This document shows, in pieces, positions 29,655 through 38,862 of a stretch of DNA of 64,000 nt. Source of the DNA: Alphaproteobacteria bacterium (GTDB lineage Bacteria > Pseudomonadota > Alphaproteobacteria > CACIAM-22H2); NCBI GenBank assembly GCA_965279355.1, contig OZ257155.1, positions 4,616,874-4,680,873 on the forward strand. Reading direction: 5' to 3'. The notes beneath the pieces were generated by a model. It saw only the letters and a list, made by a program, of their open reading frames with translations, ran no database searches and was not told where the DNA came from. Within the stretch, counting starts at the first letter, position 1. Every line of letters begins with the position of its first letter. Made by a program: the position numbers and the translations under genes.

Positions 29655-29761
29655 GAGAGGGCTACGTAGAAGTCCTTAAGGGGTTTACCGAAATTTAAGA
29701 CGGACGGTGCACGTTCTAAATTCGAGGTCGCTGCTGAAAAAAACCGAACCGGAGAGAGACG

Positions 29762-29881
29762 ATGCGTAACCGGACTGTTGCCGCCGCCAAGCCCCAGTAT
29801 CAGCCGCTCACCATGACGGCGACCCTGGCGCTGCTCAGCCTCGCCACGCAGATCGTGGTTCTCTGGTACCTCTTCTCCTAA
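29762..29881 (+). CDS. possible 39-aa small membrane protein
   Basis: ATG preceded by GGAGAG. C-terminal hydrophobic helix TATLALLSLATQIVVLWYLFS. Below the ORF-track length cut-off. Confidence 0.25.
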   Translation: MRNRTVAAAKPQYQPLTMTATLALLSLATQIVVLWYLFS

Positions 29882-30654
29882 TTTCCGACCGACGGCACGC
29901 AAACCGGCCTGCCCTGCGGGCCGACATCCGCGATCTGGACGTCGATCCCGTACAGCGTCCGCAAATTTTCGCTGGTGATGGTTTCGCGCGGTGTGCCCAT
30001 CGCGGCCAGCCGTCCGTCGTGGATCAGGATGACCCGATCGGCGCAGAGGAACGCGTGATCGGGATCGTGGCTGGAAAACAGGATGCCGATGCCCTGGCCG
30101 GCCAGCGCCTTGATCCGTTCCAGCACCCGGACCTGATTGCCGAAGTCGAGATTGGCGGTCGGCTCATCCATCACAATCAGATGTGATTCCTGCGCCAGCG
30201 CCCGGGCGACCAGCGTCAACTGACGCTCACCGCCGCTGATCTGGGTATAGATGCGGTCGGCCAGATGCGCGATGCGCAGGGTGTCGAGCGCTTCTTCGGC
30301 AACGGCGCGGTCGCGGGACGAGGGCACGGCAAACAGGCCGAGATGCGCGGTGCGCCCCATCAGCACGACATCGCGAACCGTGAACGGGAAATATCCGGCA
30401 TGCGCCTGCGGCACGTAGCCCGCGCGCTGCGCCATCGCGCGGCGCGACAGCGTGCCGATGTCGGTTCCATCGATCGCGACGGATCCGCCATGCGGGCGGA
30501 GCAGACCCAGCAGGGTGCGGAACAGGGTGGTCTTGCCGCCGCCGTTGGGTCCCAGCACGCAGACGACGTCGCCACCGCTTATGCTGAAGGACACGTCCCG
30601 GCCGACATCCCGGCCGGGATAGCCGAAGGCGAGATTGCGGACGTCGAGCCTCAT
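29878..30654 (-). CDS. ABC transporter ATPase of a type II (BtuD/FecE/MolC-like) importer
   Basis: Walker A GPNGGGKTT and signature ISGGERQ. The ATG at 30654 overlaps the permease stop (ATGA). Confidence 0.9.
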   Translation of the reverse strand: MRLDVRNLAFGYPGRDVGRDVSFSISGGDVVCVLGPNGGGKTTLFRTLLGLLRPHGGSVAIDGTDIGTLSRRAMAQRAGYVPQAHAGYFPFTVRDVVLMGRTAHLGLFAVPSSRDRAVAEEALDTLRIAHLADRIYTQISGGERQLTLVARALAQESHLIVMDEPTANLDFGNQVRVLERIKALAGQGIGILFSSHDPDHAFLCADRVILIHDGRLAAMGTPRETITSENLRTLYGIDVQIADVGPQGRPVCVPSVGN

Positions 30655-31667
30655 TGCCAGCCCCGGCGCATGCTGGTCAGCAACCAGATAAAGAAAGGCG
30701 TGCCGAGCAGGGCGGTGAGCACGCCAAGCGGAATTTCGATGGACGCGGCCGTGCGGGCGATCGTGTCGACGATCAGCAGGAAGGCCGCGCCCAGCAGGAT
30801 GGAGCAGGGCAGCAGACGGCCGAACTCGGGACCGACCAGCAGGCGCGCAATATGCGGGATCAGCAGGCCGACCCAGCCGACGATGCCGGAGATGGAAACG
30901 GCGGCGGCTGTCATCAGGGTCGCGGCGGTGATGATCAGGGCGCGCATTCGGCCGGTGCTGACGCCGAGGGCCCGCGCTTCTTCGTCGTCGAGCGACAGCA
31001 GGTTCATTCGCCAGCGCAGCAGATAGAGCGGCACAAGGCCGAGCAGGATCGGCAGCACTACCGACCAAACATCGTCCGGATTGGTCGAGGCGAGGCTACC
31101 GAGCAGCCAGAAGGTAATGGCCGGCAGCTGGTTGTAGGGATCGGCGACATATTTCAGGACGGCCACGCCGGCTCCAAACAGCGCGCCGACCGCCACGCCC
31201 GCCAGCACCAGGCCCAGGATCGGATCATGCCCGCGTGTCGCAAGGCCGATGCCGTAGACGACCGCGACCGCGACCAGTCCGAAGCCGAAGGACATTCCCT
31301 GGATCGCAAGCACCGGCAGCGACAGGAAGATGCCAAGCGCAGCACCCAAAGCTGCGCCTGACGAGACGCCGAGAATATCGGGCGAGACGAGCGGATTGCG
31401 GAACAGGCCCTGATACGCGGTGCCGGCGGCGGCCAGCGCCGCGCCGACCAGAGCCTCCGCCGCAATGCGCGGTCCACGAATGCGCAGCACGACGGCTTCG
31501 GTGCTGGCGGAAAGGTCGTGCGTCTGGCCGGTTAGGGCGGCCCAGAGGATGGTCGCCACATCGCCCGGCGTAACCGGAAACTTGCCGATGGCGAAGGCCG
31601 CAACCGCGGCAACGATGAGCACGATGCCGGCGCCGGCAGTCCACAGGAAGGCGGCGGAATATTTCAT
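30651..31667 (-). CDS. FecCD/BtuC-family ABC permease (type II importer)
   Basis: 338 aa, about 10 TM helices, Gly/Ala-rich helices typical of FecCD. Confidence 0.9.
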   Translation of the reverse strand: MKYSAAFLWTAGAGIVLIVAAVAAFAIGKFPVTPGDVATILWAALTGQTHDLSASTEAVVLRIRGPRIAAEALVGAALAAAGTAYQGLFRNPLVSPDILGVSSGAALGAALGIFLSLPVLAIQGMSFGFGLVAVAVVYGIGLATRGHDPILGLVLAGVAVGALFGAGVAVLKYVADPYNQLPAITFWLLGSLASTNPDDVWSVVLPILLGLVPLYLLRWRMNLLSLDDEEARALGVSTGRMRALIITAATLMTAAAVSISGIVGWVGLLIPHIARLLVGPEFGRLLPCSILLGAAFLLIVDTIARTAASIEIPLGVLTALLGTPFFIWLLTSMRRGWQ

Positions 31668-31676
31668 GCCGCGATG

Positions 31677-32741
31677 TTATGGGCGCTGGACGCCGGCATT
31701 GCGCAACAGAAGGTTGAGTTGAGCATTGGTCGGCGTCTGATGATAGAAGCGCGTGTAGAAGCCGCGCACATCGCGGCGCAGGTCGCCGTCGAACTCCTGC
31801 GGATACAGGATGGCCGTCAGCCAGAGCAGGCCGATCAGACGGTTTACCGAAGGCGGGGAGTCGACCCAGCCGAACGGCAGGACCGGCGAGAGGAAGACGC
31901 GGCGGTTACGCACCGCGGCGACGCCGCGCCAGGACGGATCGGCGGCAACGTCGCGATGGAAATTCTCATCGAAGGTGACGATCGTATCCGGGTTCCAGGC
32001 GAGGATCTGTTCCAGCGACACCGTCGCAAGGCCGCCTTTGCCGAGCGCTTCTCCCGCCACGTTGATCGCGCCGACCCGCTCGATGCTCTCGACATTGATC
32101 GAGCCGGTGAGGCCCGTGTTCAGCCCTTTGGGGCCGCGCGCGTAATAGACGCGGGGACGGCGGTTTGTCGGAACGCGGGCAAGGATCGCGTCGACCCGTT
32201 GCAGGATGGCGCGCGTTGCGGCGATCAGTTCGGTGGCGCGTTGCTGGATGCCGAGCAGGACGCCGAGCCGCTCATAGGCGGCTTCTATGGCGGGGAAATT
32301 ACCGTCGATGAGTACATACGGAACACCGGTCTGCTCCTGCACGCGATCCGCCAGCGATGTGAAGGTCGGCGCTACCGCGCCATAGTCAAAGACAAGATCC
32401 GGCTTTACCGCGAGCACGACTTCGACATTTGCCGTATTGCCGCGGCCCGTCAGACGGCCAAGTCCCGGCAGCGTTCCGTAGCGCGCGGGCACGAACGCCT
32501 GTTCCGCCGGGCTGAAGGCGCTGGTCCATCCGATCAGGGTGTCTGGTGCCAGCGTGTAGAGCAGGATAGCGGCGGGTGGCCCGGCGGCAAATACGCGCTG
32601 CACCCGCGCCGGAACCGCGACGTTGCGTCCGGCGGAATCGATAAACATCCGCCGGTCGTTGGCTTGTCCGAAGGCGGGCAGGGTCTGCGTTGCCAATGCC
32701 GCGCCGCCAAGTGCGGCGAAATGGCGACGCGTCAGCTTCAT
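31677..32741 (-). CDS. cluster-A periplasmic binding protein (FhuD/BtuF/MolA class)
   Basis: Tat-like signal MKLTRRHFAALGGAALATQTLPAFG. Length and pattern match Peripla_BP_2-type SBPs. Confidence 0.85.
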   Translation of the reverse strand: MKLTRRHFAALGGAALATQTLPAFGQANDRRMFIDSAGRNVAVPARVQRVFAAGPPAAILLYTLAPDTLIGWTSAFSPAEQAFVPARYGTLPGLGRLTGRGNTANVEVVLAVKPDLVFDYGAVAPTFTSLADRVQEQTGVPYVLIDGNFPAIEAAYERLGVLLGIQQRATELIAATRAILQRVDAILARVPTNRRPRVYYARGPKGLNTGLTGSINVESIERVGAINVAGEALGKGGLATVSLEQILAWNPDTIVTFDENFHRDVAADPSWRGVAAVRNRRVFLSPVLPFGWVDSPPSVNRLIGLLWLTAILYPQEFDGDLRRDVRGFYTRFYHQTPTNAQLNLLLRNAGVQRP

Positions 32742-32747
32742 GGCGAG

Positions 32748-32954
32748 CTACTTGCCAACGATGACGTCGGAGGCCTTGATGATCGCGTAGGCGGTATCGC
32801 CCTTCTTCAGCTTGAGGTCCTTCGCCGCCTCATTGGTGATCGATGCCGTGACGATGGAGCCACCGCCGACGTCGATCTTCACATGCGCGGTGGTTGCGCC
32901 GATGACGACGCTCTTCACCTTGCCCTTGAGGACGTTGCGCGCACTGAGCTTCAT
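32748..32954 (-). CDS. mop: molbindin (single TOBE/Mop domain molybdate/tungstate-binding protein)
   Basis: MKLSARNVLKGKVKSV...ASITNEAAKDLKLKKGDTAYAIIKASDVIV. SD GAGG before the ATG at 32954. Confidence 0.85.
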   Translation of the reverse strand: MKLSARNVLKGKVKSVVIGATTAHVKIDVGGGSIVTASITNEAAKDLKLKKGDTAYAIIKASDVIVGK

Positions 32955-33016
32955 GGTGCCTCGCTTTCGAAAATGCCCCACCCCGCCATCCCTTTTACAG
33001 GAAAGCGGGGTGGGGT

Positions 33017-33826
33017 TCAGCTACCCGTCACTGGGAGGTTGACGGGCGTGAAGCCGTGGCGTTCTAGGATCTTCTGGCCGGCTGGCGACAGGATGTAGAG
33101 CACCAGTCGCGAAGCTGCCGGACGTGCGTCGCCGATCAGGGTGAGTCCATAGTCGGCGCCAACCGTGAGAGTATCTGGTAACGCGATCATTTTCAGAGAT
33201 GGCACTTCGGCGATCGCCTGCACCGCATTGGTACAGTAAGTCAGAAACAGATCGGCCTGCTTGCTTTCGACGATCTGCCCATAGACGTTGCGGTTTGCCG
33301 GTGGCGGCGGTGAATTTGGGCCGCCGGTGAGCTGCATTGCCTTGGCGTCGAGGGTCTTCAAGGTGCCGCTGCGCAGCTTCTCTGCCCGTTCGAAGACCAG
33401 CCAGGCGTAGTCCCCGGATGGATCGGCTTTCGGGGTCGACGTGCCGAGCTTCACCGACGCATCGAGCATTCGGTCGAGCAGCGTATCGGGGTTTGCCGAA
33501 AAATCGTTACGCGCGAGCCCGCACATGCGGTTGCGGGTGAAGACGACAGCCGGGCCGGCCGTACCTGCGCGCATCAGTGTGGTGGGGTGGCCGGTGTCGG
33601 CGGAGGTGAACACCTCCGCCGGCTCACCTTTTTCGATTCGCTCACGCAACAGCCCTGAAGCGCCGAAGGTGGCGGCGACCGGTATGCCGTAATCCTTCTG
33701 GAAAGCGGCGCCGATTTCCGTCATCGCGGCGCGCAGACTGCCAGCGGAGTACAGTCGAACCGGCTCTTGAGCCTGAACGACCGATGGCATCAGCAACGCC
33801 GCCGCGAGTAGGATGAAGCGGCGCAT
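33017..33826 (-). CDS. modA: ModA-family molybdate-binding periplasmic protein
   Basis: Signal peptide, then YSAGSLRAAMTEIGAAFQKDYGIPVAATFGASGLLRERIEKGEPAEVFTSAD. Confidence 0.8.
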   Translation of the reverse strand: MRRFILLAAALLMPSVVQAQEPVRLYSAGSLRAAMTEIGAAFQKDYGIPVAATFGASGLLRERIEKGEPAEVFTSADTGHPTTLMRAGTAGPAVVFTRNRMCGLARNDFSANPDTLLDRMLDASVKLGTSTPKADPSGDYAWLVFERAEKLRSGTLKTLDAKAMQLTGGPNSPPPPANRNVYGQIVESKQADLFLTYCTNAVQAIAEVPSLKMIALPDTLTVGADYGLTLIGDARPAASRLVLYILSPAGQKILERHGFTPVNLPVTGS

Positions 33827-33830
33827 CGGC

Positions 33831-34667
33831 TCATGTCCCCGCTTTCTTGTAGTTGGGGAAGAACAGCGACTGGCCTTCGATCTTGTAGTCGGCGATGGCT
33901 TTCTGGCCTTCCGGCGATGTCAGCCAGTCCACGAACGCCATGCCCATGTCCTTTTTGACATGCGCGTGCTTGGCTGGGTTCACAAGCATGACGCCGTACT
34001 GATTGAAGAGTCGCTGGTCGCCTTCGACAACGATGGTGAGGTCGCCGCGGTTCTTGAAGCTGAGCCAGGTGGCACGGTCGGTCAGCACATAGGCGTTCAT
34101 GCCGGAGCTGACGTTGAGCGTCGGGCCCATTCCCTGGCCGGTCTCGCGATACCAGGGGCCTTTGTCCTTATCGAGATCGACAGTGGCGATCTTCCAAAGA
34201 CGGAGTTCGGCGGCATGCGTGCCGCTCTTGTCGCCGCGCGACGCGAACGGCGTCTTGCTGTCGGCGATCTTCTTGAGAGACGCCGCGATGTCCTTGCTGC
34301 CGGCGACTTTCGCCGGATCGGATTTCGGGCCGATCAGGACGAAGTCGTTGTACATGACCTCGCGCCGGTCGACGCCGGAGCCTTCGGCGACGAATTTCTC
34401 TTCGGCGGCCTTGTCATGAACGAACACCACGTCGGCATCGCCGCGCCGTCCGGTGTCGAGGGCCTGTCCGGTGCCCTGCGCGACCACGCGAACTTCGATG
34501 CCGGTCTTCTGCCTGAAGATCGGCAGGATATGGCCGAACAGGCCGGAATCCTGCGTCGAGGTGGTCGACGACACGATGATGAACTTGTCCTGCGCCGCGG
34601 CGGGCAGGGCGAACGCGGCCAGCGAGAGCGCGGCGGCGGCAAGGAACGATCGGCGTTGAAACATCAT
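33831..34667 (-). CDS. tupA: TupA-like tungstate/molybdate-binding periplasmic protein
   Basis: Motifs SSTTSTQDSGL, GTGQAL and MYNDFVLIGP, as I recall them from TupA-type binding proteins. Confidence 0.7.
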   Translation of the reverse strand: MMFQRRSFLAAAALSLAAFALPAAAQDKFIIVSSTTSTQDSGLFGHILPIFRQKTGIEVRVVAQGTGQALDTGRRGDADVVFVHDKAAEEKFVAEGSGVDRREVMYNDFVLIGPKSDPAKVAGSKDIAASLKKIADSKTPFASRGDKSGTHAAELRLWKIATVDLDKDKGPWYRETGQGMGPTLNVSSGMNAYVLTDRATWLSFKNRGDLTIVVEGDQRLFNQYGVMLVNPAKHAHVKKDMGMAFVDWLTSPEGQKAIADYKIEGQSLFFPNYKKAGT

Positions 34668-35389
34668 GGCATCTCCTCCTTCAGGAAAGCTCGGGCTTCT
34701 GGGGATTGCGGGTCGTTGAAGAAGCGGCTTGTCGGCGCGCGCTCGACCAGACGGCCGCGGTCGATGAACAGGATCTCGTCGGCGAGGCGGCGCGCCTGGC
34801 CGAGATTATGGGTGGTCATGACGATCTTCGTGCCGGCAGCAGCGATCGCCTTGACGATCTCTTCCACCGCACGCGTCGCGGCGGGATCGAGGCTGGCGGT
34901 CGGCTCGTCGAGGAACAGCATTTCCGGCTGCAGCGCCCAGGCGCGCGCCAGCGCGACGCGCTGCTGCTCGCCGCCGGACAGCACGCGCGCCGGACGGTCG
35001 GCGACGGCGGCAAGGCCGACACGGTCGAGATAGTCCCGCGCCATGTCCGTGCGCGCGCCGACGCCGAGGCCGGCGAGCTTGAGACCGTAGGCAACGTTGG
35101 CGAGCGCGGAGCGCCGCAGCATCACCGGCCGCTGGAACACCATCGCCTGCCGCCGCGCAGGATCGCCGCGATACGGTCCCGTCCATCGGATGCTGCCGGC
35201 GGTCGGCTTGATCAGTCCGTGGCAGAGCCGCAGGGTCACGCTTTTGCCCGCGCCGTTGGGGCCGAGGATGACGCTGCGCAGGCCGACGCTGAATTCGAGC
35301 GACAGATTGTCGATGATCGTCGTGCCGTTCACCGCGTAGGAGACGCGGTCGAGAACCAGCGGCAGGATGGTGGAGGGCGCGTGCATCAT
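34664..35389 (-). CDS. tupC: ABC ATPase (TupC-like)
   Basis: Walker A GPNGAGKS and signature LSGGEQQRV. Overlaps both neighbours by 4 nt. Confidence 0.8.
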   Translation of the reverse strand: MMHAPSTILPLVLDRVSYAVNGTTIIDNLSLEFSVGLRSVILGPNGAGKSVTLRLCHGLIKPTAGSIRWTGPYRGDPARRQAMVFQRPVMLRRSALANVAYGLKLAGLGVGARTDMARDYLDRVGLAAVADRPARVLSGGEQQRVALARAWALQPEMLFLDEPTASLDPAATRAVEEIVKAIAAAGTKIVMTTHNLGQARRLADEILFIDRGRLVERAPTSRFFNDPQSPEARAFLKEEMP

Positions 35390-36090
35390 CCGTACCGCTT
35401 CTGCGCGGCTTCCTTCAGCGCGTAGGCGCCGGTGTTGGCGAGCAGGGTGAGCACGATCAGGACGATGCCCAGACCGAGCGCCAGCGGCAGGTCGCCCTTG
35501 CTGGTCTCAAGCGCGATTGAGGTCGTCATCACGCGTGTGACGCCGTCGATATTGCCGCCGACGATCATCACGGCGCCGACCTCGGCGATCGCGCGGCCGA
35601 AGCCGGCCAGCACGACCGTCACCAGCGAATAGCGGGTATCCCAGAGCAGGGTCCAAACGGCGCGGTGCGGCGGGGCGCCAAGCGAGCGGAGCTGCTCCTG
35701 ATACTCGATCCACGCATCGTCGATGCTCTGGCGGGCCAAAGCCGCGATGATCGGGGTCACGAGGATCGCCTGGGCGATGATCATCGCTGGCGGCGTGAAA
35801 AGCAGGCCGAGGCTGCCCAGCGGCCCAGCGCGCGAAAGAAGAAGATAGACGACGAGGCCGACGACCACCGGCGGCAGGCCCATCAACGCATTCAGCAGGA
35901 CGATCAAGCCGCGGCGCCCCGGAAAGCGCCCGAGCGCAACGGCGGCACCGAGCGGCAGACCGACGGCAGCCGCAATGAGGACCGCCGACACGCTGACCAC
36001 GAGGCTCAGGCCCACGATCCGCGCCAGCACCGCATCGGCATGAATAATCAGGCCGAGCGCCGATGCAAAGGCTGCTCCGATTTCGCTCAA
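35386..36090 (-). CDS. tupB: ABC permease (TupB-like, type I)
   Basis: 234 aa, 5-6 TM helices with a BPD-type EAA region. TTG start per the ORF track. Confidence 0.75.
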   Translation of the reverse strand: MSEIGAAFASALGLIIHADAVLARIVGLSLVVSVSAVLIAAAVGLPLGAAVALGRFPGRRGLIVLLNALMGLPPVVVGLVVYLLLSRAGPLGSLGLLFTPPAMIIAQAILVTPIIAALARQSIDDAWIEYQEQLRSLGAPPHRAVWTLLWDTRYSLVTVVLAGFGRAIAEVGAVMIVGGNIDGVTRVMTTSIALETSKGDLPLALGLGIVLIVLTLLANTGAYALKEAAQKRYG

Positions 36091-36108
36091 AACGTCCTCC
36101 CGACGCCT

Positions 36109-36137
36109 TTATGCAAAAATTACCGGAATTATGCAAA
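36109..36137. promoter_or_regulatory. direct repeat TTATGCAAA (x2, 20-nt register) in the divergent tupB/fdhD promoter region
   Basis: Copies at 36109-36117 and 36129-36137, flanking ATTACCGGAATT. Confidence 0.3.
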
Positions 36138-36223
36138 TTTTACAGGCTGCGGAAAATGCCTGCCGTTAAGGCAAGAGTGGGCCCCGGCTTGTTCCCACAA
36201 GGCGGGCAGCCCATAGTCGAGGC

Positions 36224-37096
36224 ATGAAGGAATTCGCGGTTATCCCCAATCCCGCCGATCCGCGCCTGACGCAGCGGGTGACCGGACAGGACGAAAAGGG
36301 CCAGCCCGTGACCACGTCGGTGGTCGTCGAGCGGCCCTTGACCCTCTATCTGAACGGCCAGGAGATCGTCACCATGATGACGATCGGCGACTATCCCAAC
36401 TATCTGGCGGTCGGCTATCTCATCAACCAGAACATGCTGCATGCAGACGATGAGATCACCGGCATCGACTACGATGCGGAGATCGATACCGTCGTTGTGC
36501 GCACCGAGCGCAAGACCGACTTCGAAGAAAAGCTGAAGAAGAAGACCCTGACCTCGGGCTGCGCGCAGGGCACCGTGTTCGGCGATCTCATGGAGAAGTT
36601 CGACGAAATCAGGCTGCCGCGAGATGCGGTGCTCAAGACGTCTTGGCTTTATCGCCTGACCAAGAAGATCAATACGGCGCCCAGCCTCTATCTCGAAGCC
36701 GGCGCCATCCATGGCTGCGTGCTGTGCGAGGAAGACCGGCCGCTGATCTATATGGAAGACGTCGGCCGCCATAACGCGATCGACAAGATCGCGGGCTACA
36801 TGTTCCTCGAAGGCGTCTCGCCTGAAAACAAGATGTTCTACACGACCGGCCGGCTGACCTCCGAGATGGTCATCAAGACAGTGCAGATGCGCATTCCGAT
36901 CCTCATCTCCCGTTCCGGGTTTACAGCGTGGGGGGTCGAACTCGCGCGCAAGGCCGGGCTGACCCTGATCGGCCGAGCGAAGGGCAGTCGCTTCCTTGTG
37001 CTGTCCGGCGCGGAGCGCATCGTCTATGACGCGGATGCGCGCGAAGTGGTGGATGAAGACCGCCGCGCGCGCCGCAAGGCCAGCGTCGATGAGTGA
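36224..37096 (+). CDS. fdhD: formate dehydrogenase accessory sulfurtransferase
   Basis: [12 protein letters not shown] motif and typical length. Confidence 0.95.
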   Translation: MKEFAVIPNPADPRLTQRVTGQDEKGQPVTTSVVVERPLTLYLNGQEIVTMMTIGDYPNYLAVGYLINQNMLHADDEITGIDYDAEIDTVVVRTERKTDFEEKLKKKTLTSGCAQGTVFGDLMEKFDEIRLPRDAVLKTSWLYRLTKKINTAPSLYLEAGAIHGCVLCEEDRPLIYMEDVGRHNAIDKIAGYMFLEGVSPENKMFYTTGRLTSEMVIKTVQMRIPILISRSGFTAWGVELARKAGLTLIGRAKGSRFLVLSGAERIVYDADAREVVDEDRRARRKASVDE

Positions 37097-37694
37097 GATT
37101 GCCGGCGTCATTCTCGCGGGCGGCCTGTCGCGACGGATGGGCGGCGGCGACAAATGCCTGCGGCTACTCGGCGGCAAGCCGATCCTGGAGCACATCATCG
37201 AGCGCGCGCGGCCGCAGGTGTCGTCGCTGGTATTGAATGCCAACGGCGATCCCGCGCGCTTCGCTGCGTTCGGGGTGTCGGTGGTTGCGGACAGCGTGGA
37301 AGGGTTCGCCGGACCGCTGGCAGGTATCCTTGCCGGTCTGGATTGGGCGGCGACTCATGCGCCGGCCGCGCGTTATGTCGCGAGCTTCGCCGGCGATGCG
37401 CCATTTTTGCCGCGCGATCTGGTTGCGCGCTTTGTTGCCGCGATCGAGAAAGACAACGCCGATCTCGCTCGCGCTGTCTCGGATGGGCAGCAACATCCGG
37501 TCTTTGGGCTATGGCGGGTCGACCTGCGTGACGCACTTCGCAAGGCGCTGGTCGAGGAGCAGATCCACAAGGTCGATCGCTGGACGGCACGCTACAAGCT
37601 TGTCGATGTTGAATTCCCGACCGAACCGGTCGATCCGTTCTTCAACGCCAATCAGCCCGAAGACCTTATCGCCGCGGAGCGGCTGCTGGCATGA
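37089..37694 (+). CDS. mobA: molybdenum cofactor guanylyltransferase
   Basis: [17 protein letters not shown]. The start overlaps the fdhD stop. Confidence 0.9.
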   Translation: MSEIAGVILAGGLSRRMGGGDKCLRLLGGKPILEHIIERARPQVSSLVLNANGDPARFAAFGVSVVADSVEGFAGPLAGILAGLDWAATHAPAARYVASFAGDAPFLPRDLVARFVAAIEKDNADLARAVSDGQQHPVFGLWRVDLRDALRKALVEEQIHKVDRWTARYKLVDVEFPTEPVDPFFNANQPEDLIAAERLLA

Positions 37695-38221
37695 GCGACC
37701 CGTCCGGCATCGAAACGGCCAAGCCGGACCGCCACCCGACGTTGACGGTCGGCATCATTGTCGAACGACGGAAGGCCAATAATCCCTGGCAGGATTATGT
37801 GTGGCAGCCGGTGGAAGCGGTGTTGTTGCTGCCGTCGATTCCGGCGTGGACGGCGATGCGCGAGGAAGGCGGCACGACCCGCTTCTATGCCGGTGCATTC
37901 ACGATGGAACTGTATCCGCGTGAAACGGTCAGCTATCGCATGAATGTGATGGCCGAGACGCCTGGCATCTATGTGGTGCTGCGCAGCGATCCGGCCGCGC
38001 CGCGGGGTCTCCGCCTGGAACTCGTCACGGTCTCGCCGGCGGAAGCCGAGGCTTATATGGAAGGCGGCAACGATGTCGTCGACCGCGTGAAGATGGAAGA
38101 CGCAGTCCTCGACTGGCTCGCAGGCTATGTCGAGACGTTCCATGTGGAGGAGCAGTTCCGCAAGCGGCGGCGCGACAAGCGGGCCGGGCGCCCGCCACCG
38201 GACCAGGCGGACATGTCATGA
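37691..38221 (+). CDS. DUF3305-like protein (FDH-associated)
   Basis: 176 aa, translationally coupled to mobA and to the next gene. The family assignment is from memory of FDH neighbourhoods. Confidence 0.6.
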   Translation: MSDPSGIETAKPDRHPTLTVGIIVERRKANNPWQDYVWQPVEAVLLLPSIPAWTAMREEGGTTRFYAGAFTMELYPRETVSYRMNVMAETPGIYVVLRSDPAAPRGLRLELVTVSPAEAEAYMEGGNDVVDRVKMEDAVLDWLAGYVETFHVEEQFRKRRRDKRAGRPPPDQADMS

Positions 38222-38760
38222 CCGACGAGAAGGAAGGATTTCTGCAGCGCTGGTCGCGCCGAAAGCAGGAAGAGGGCGAGCCGGCGGATACGCCGGTCGA
38301 CGCGCCGCCGCCGTCACTGCCGGTGCAGACCCAGGCGCCCGCCGCAAAGGCAACTGCGGAGGGCGAGCCGCTTGATCTCTCCAAACTGCCGCCGGTCGAA
38401 AGCCTGACCAAGGAGTCCGATTTCTCGGTCTTCATGCAGCAGGGTGTGCCGGCGGATCTCCGGGCGCAGGCGCTGCGTCGCCTGTGGGCGACGCCAGAGA
38501 TGGCGGCACCTGACCTTCTTGATATGCATATGTGGGATTACACCGGCAATGACGGCATCAGGCCGCTGGTTCAGCCGGCTCTCCAGATGCTGGCCGAAGC
38601 GGCGAAAAAAGCTCTGGATGATCGAAAGGGCGAATCGAAAGCGGAGCAATCCGCCGCGACACCCGTAGAGCAGGCGACGAGCGAGGTCGTGGACGGAGAC
38701 GAGACACCATCAAATGACGACCAGGCGCCGGGCGGTTTGGGTCCGAAGTCAAAGGCTTAA
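38218..38760 (+). CDS. DUF3306-like protein (FDH-associated)
   Basis: N-terminal GFLQRWSRRKQE motif with an acidic, low-complexity middle section. Confidence 0.6.
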   Translation: MTDEKEGFLQRWSRRKQEEGEPADTPVDAPPPSLPVQTQAPAAKATAEGEPLDLSKLPPVESLTKESDFSVFMQQGVPADLRAQALRRLWATPEMAAPDLLDMHMWDYTGNDGIRPLVQPALQMLAEAAKKALDDRKGESKAEQSAATPVEQATSEVVDGDETPSNDDQAPGGLGPKSKA

Positions 38761-38815
38761 GCCCGCCGCATGCCGGAAAACTAGGCATCGCGCGACCTCC
38801 GGTTACGTCAGCTAA

Positions 38816-38862
38816 TTGACTTGGCGCTCAGAAAAGCGTCATAATCCGCGTTAACCGGTTAA
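38816..38862 (+). promoter_or_regulatory. candidate sigma70-type promoter (TTGACT-N18-CATAAT) followed by the perfect palindrome TTAACCGGTTAA
   Basis: -35 at 38816-38821, -10 at 38840-38845, palindrome at 38851-38862. Lies upstream of the TorD-like/FDH operon. Confidence 0.4.

Noticed and set aside
29651-29902. 83-aa minus-strand ORF in the gap between the methyltransferase and the ABC ATPase gene
   Set aside because: It overlaps the end of the ATPase gene, has no start-codon context or motifs, and has Arg/Gly-rich composition. The 39-codon plus-strand ORF with an SD is a slightly better, though still weak, candidate.
32742-32747. Cobalamin riboswitch or Fur box expected upstream of a FecCD/BtuCD-type transporter
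   Set aside because: Only 6 nt separate the SBP gene from mop, and the genes are embedded in the Mo/W operon. No TonB-dependent receptor is nearby, so the siderophore/B12 interpretation was set aside (see findings).
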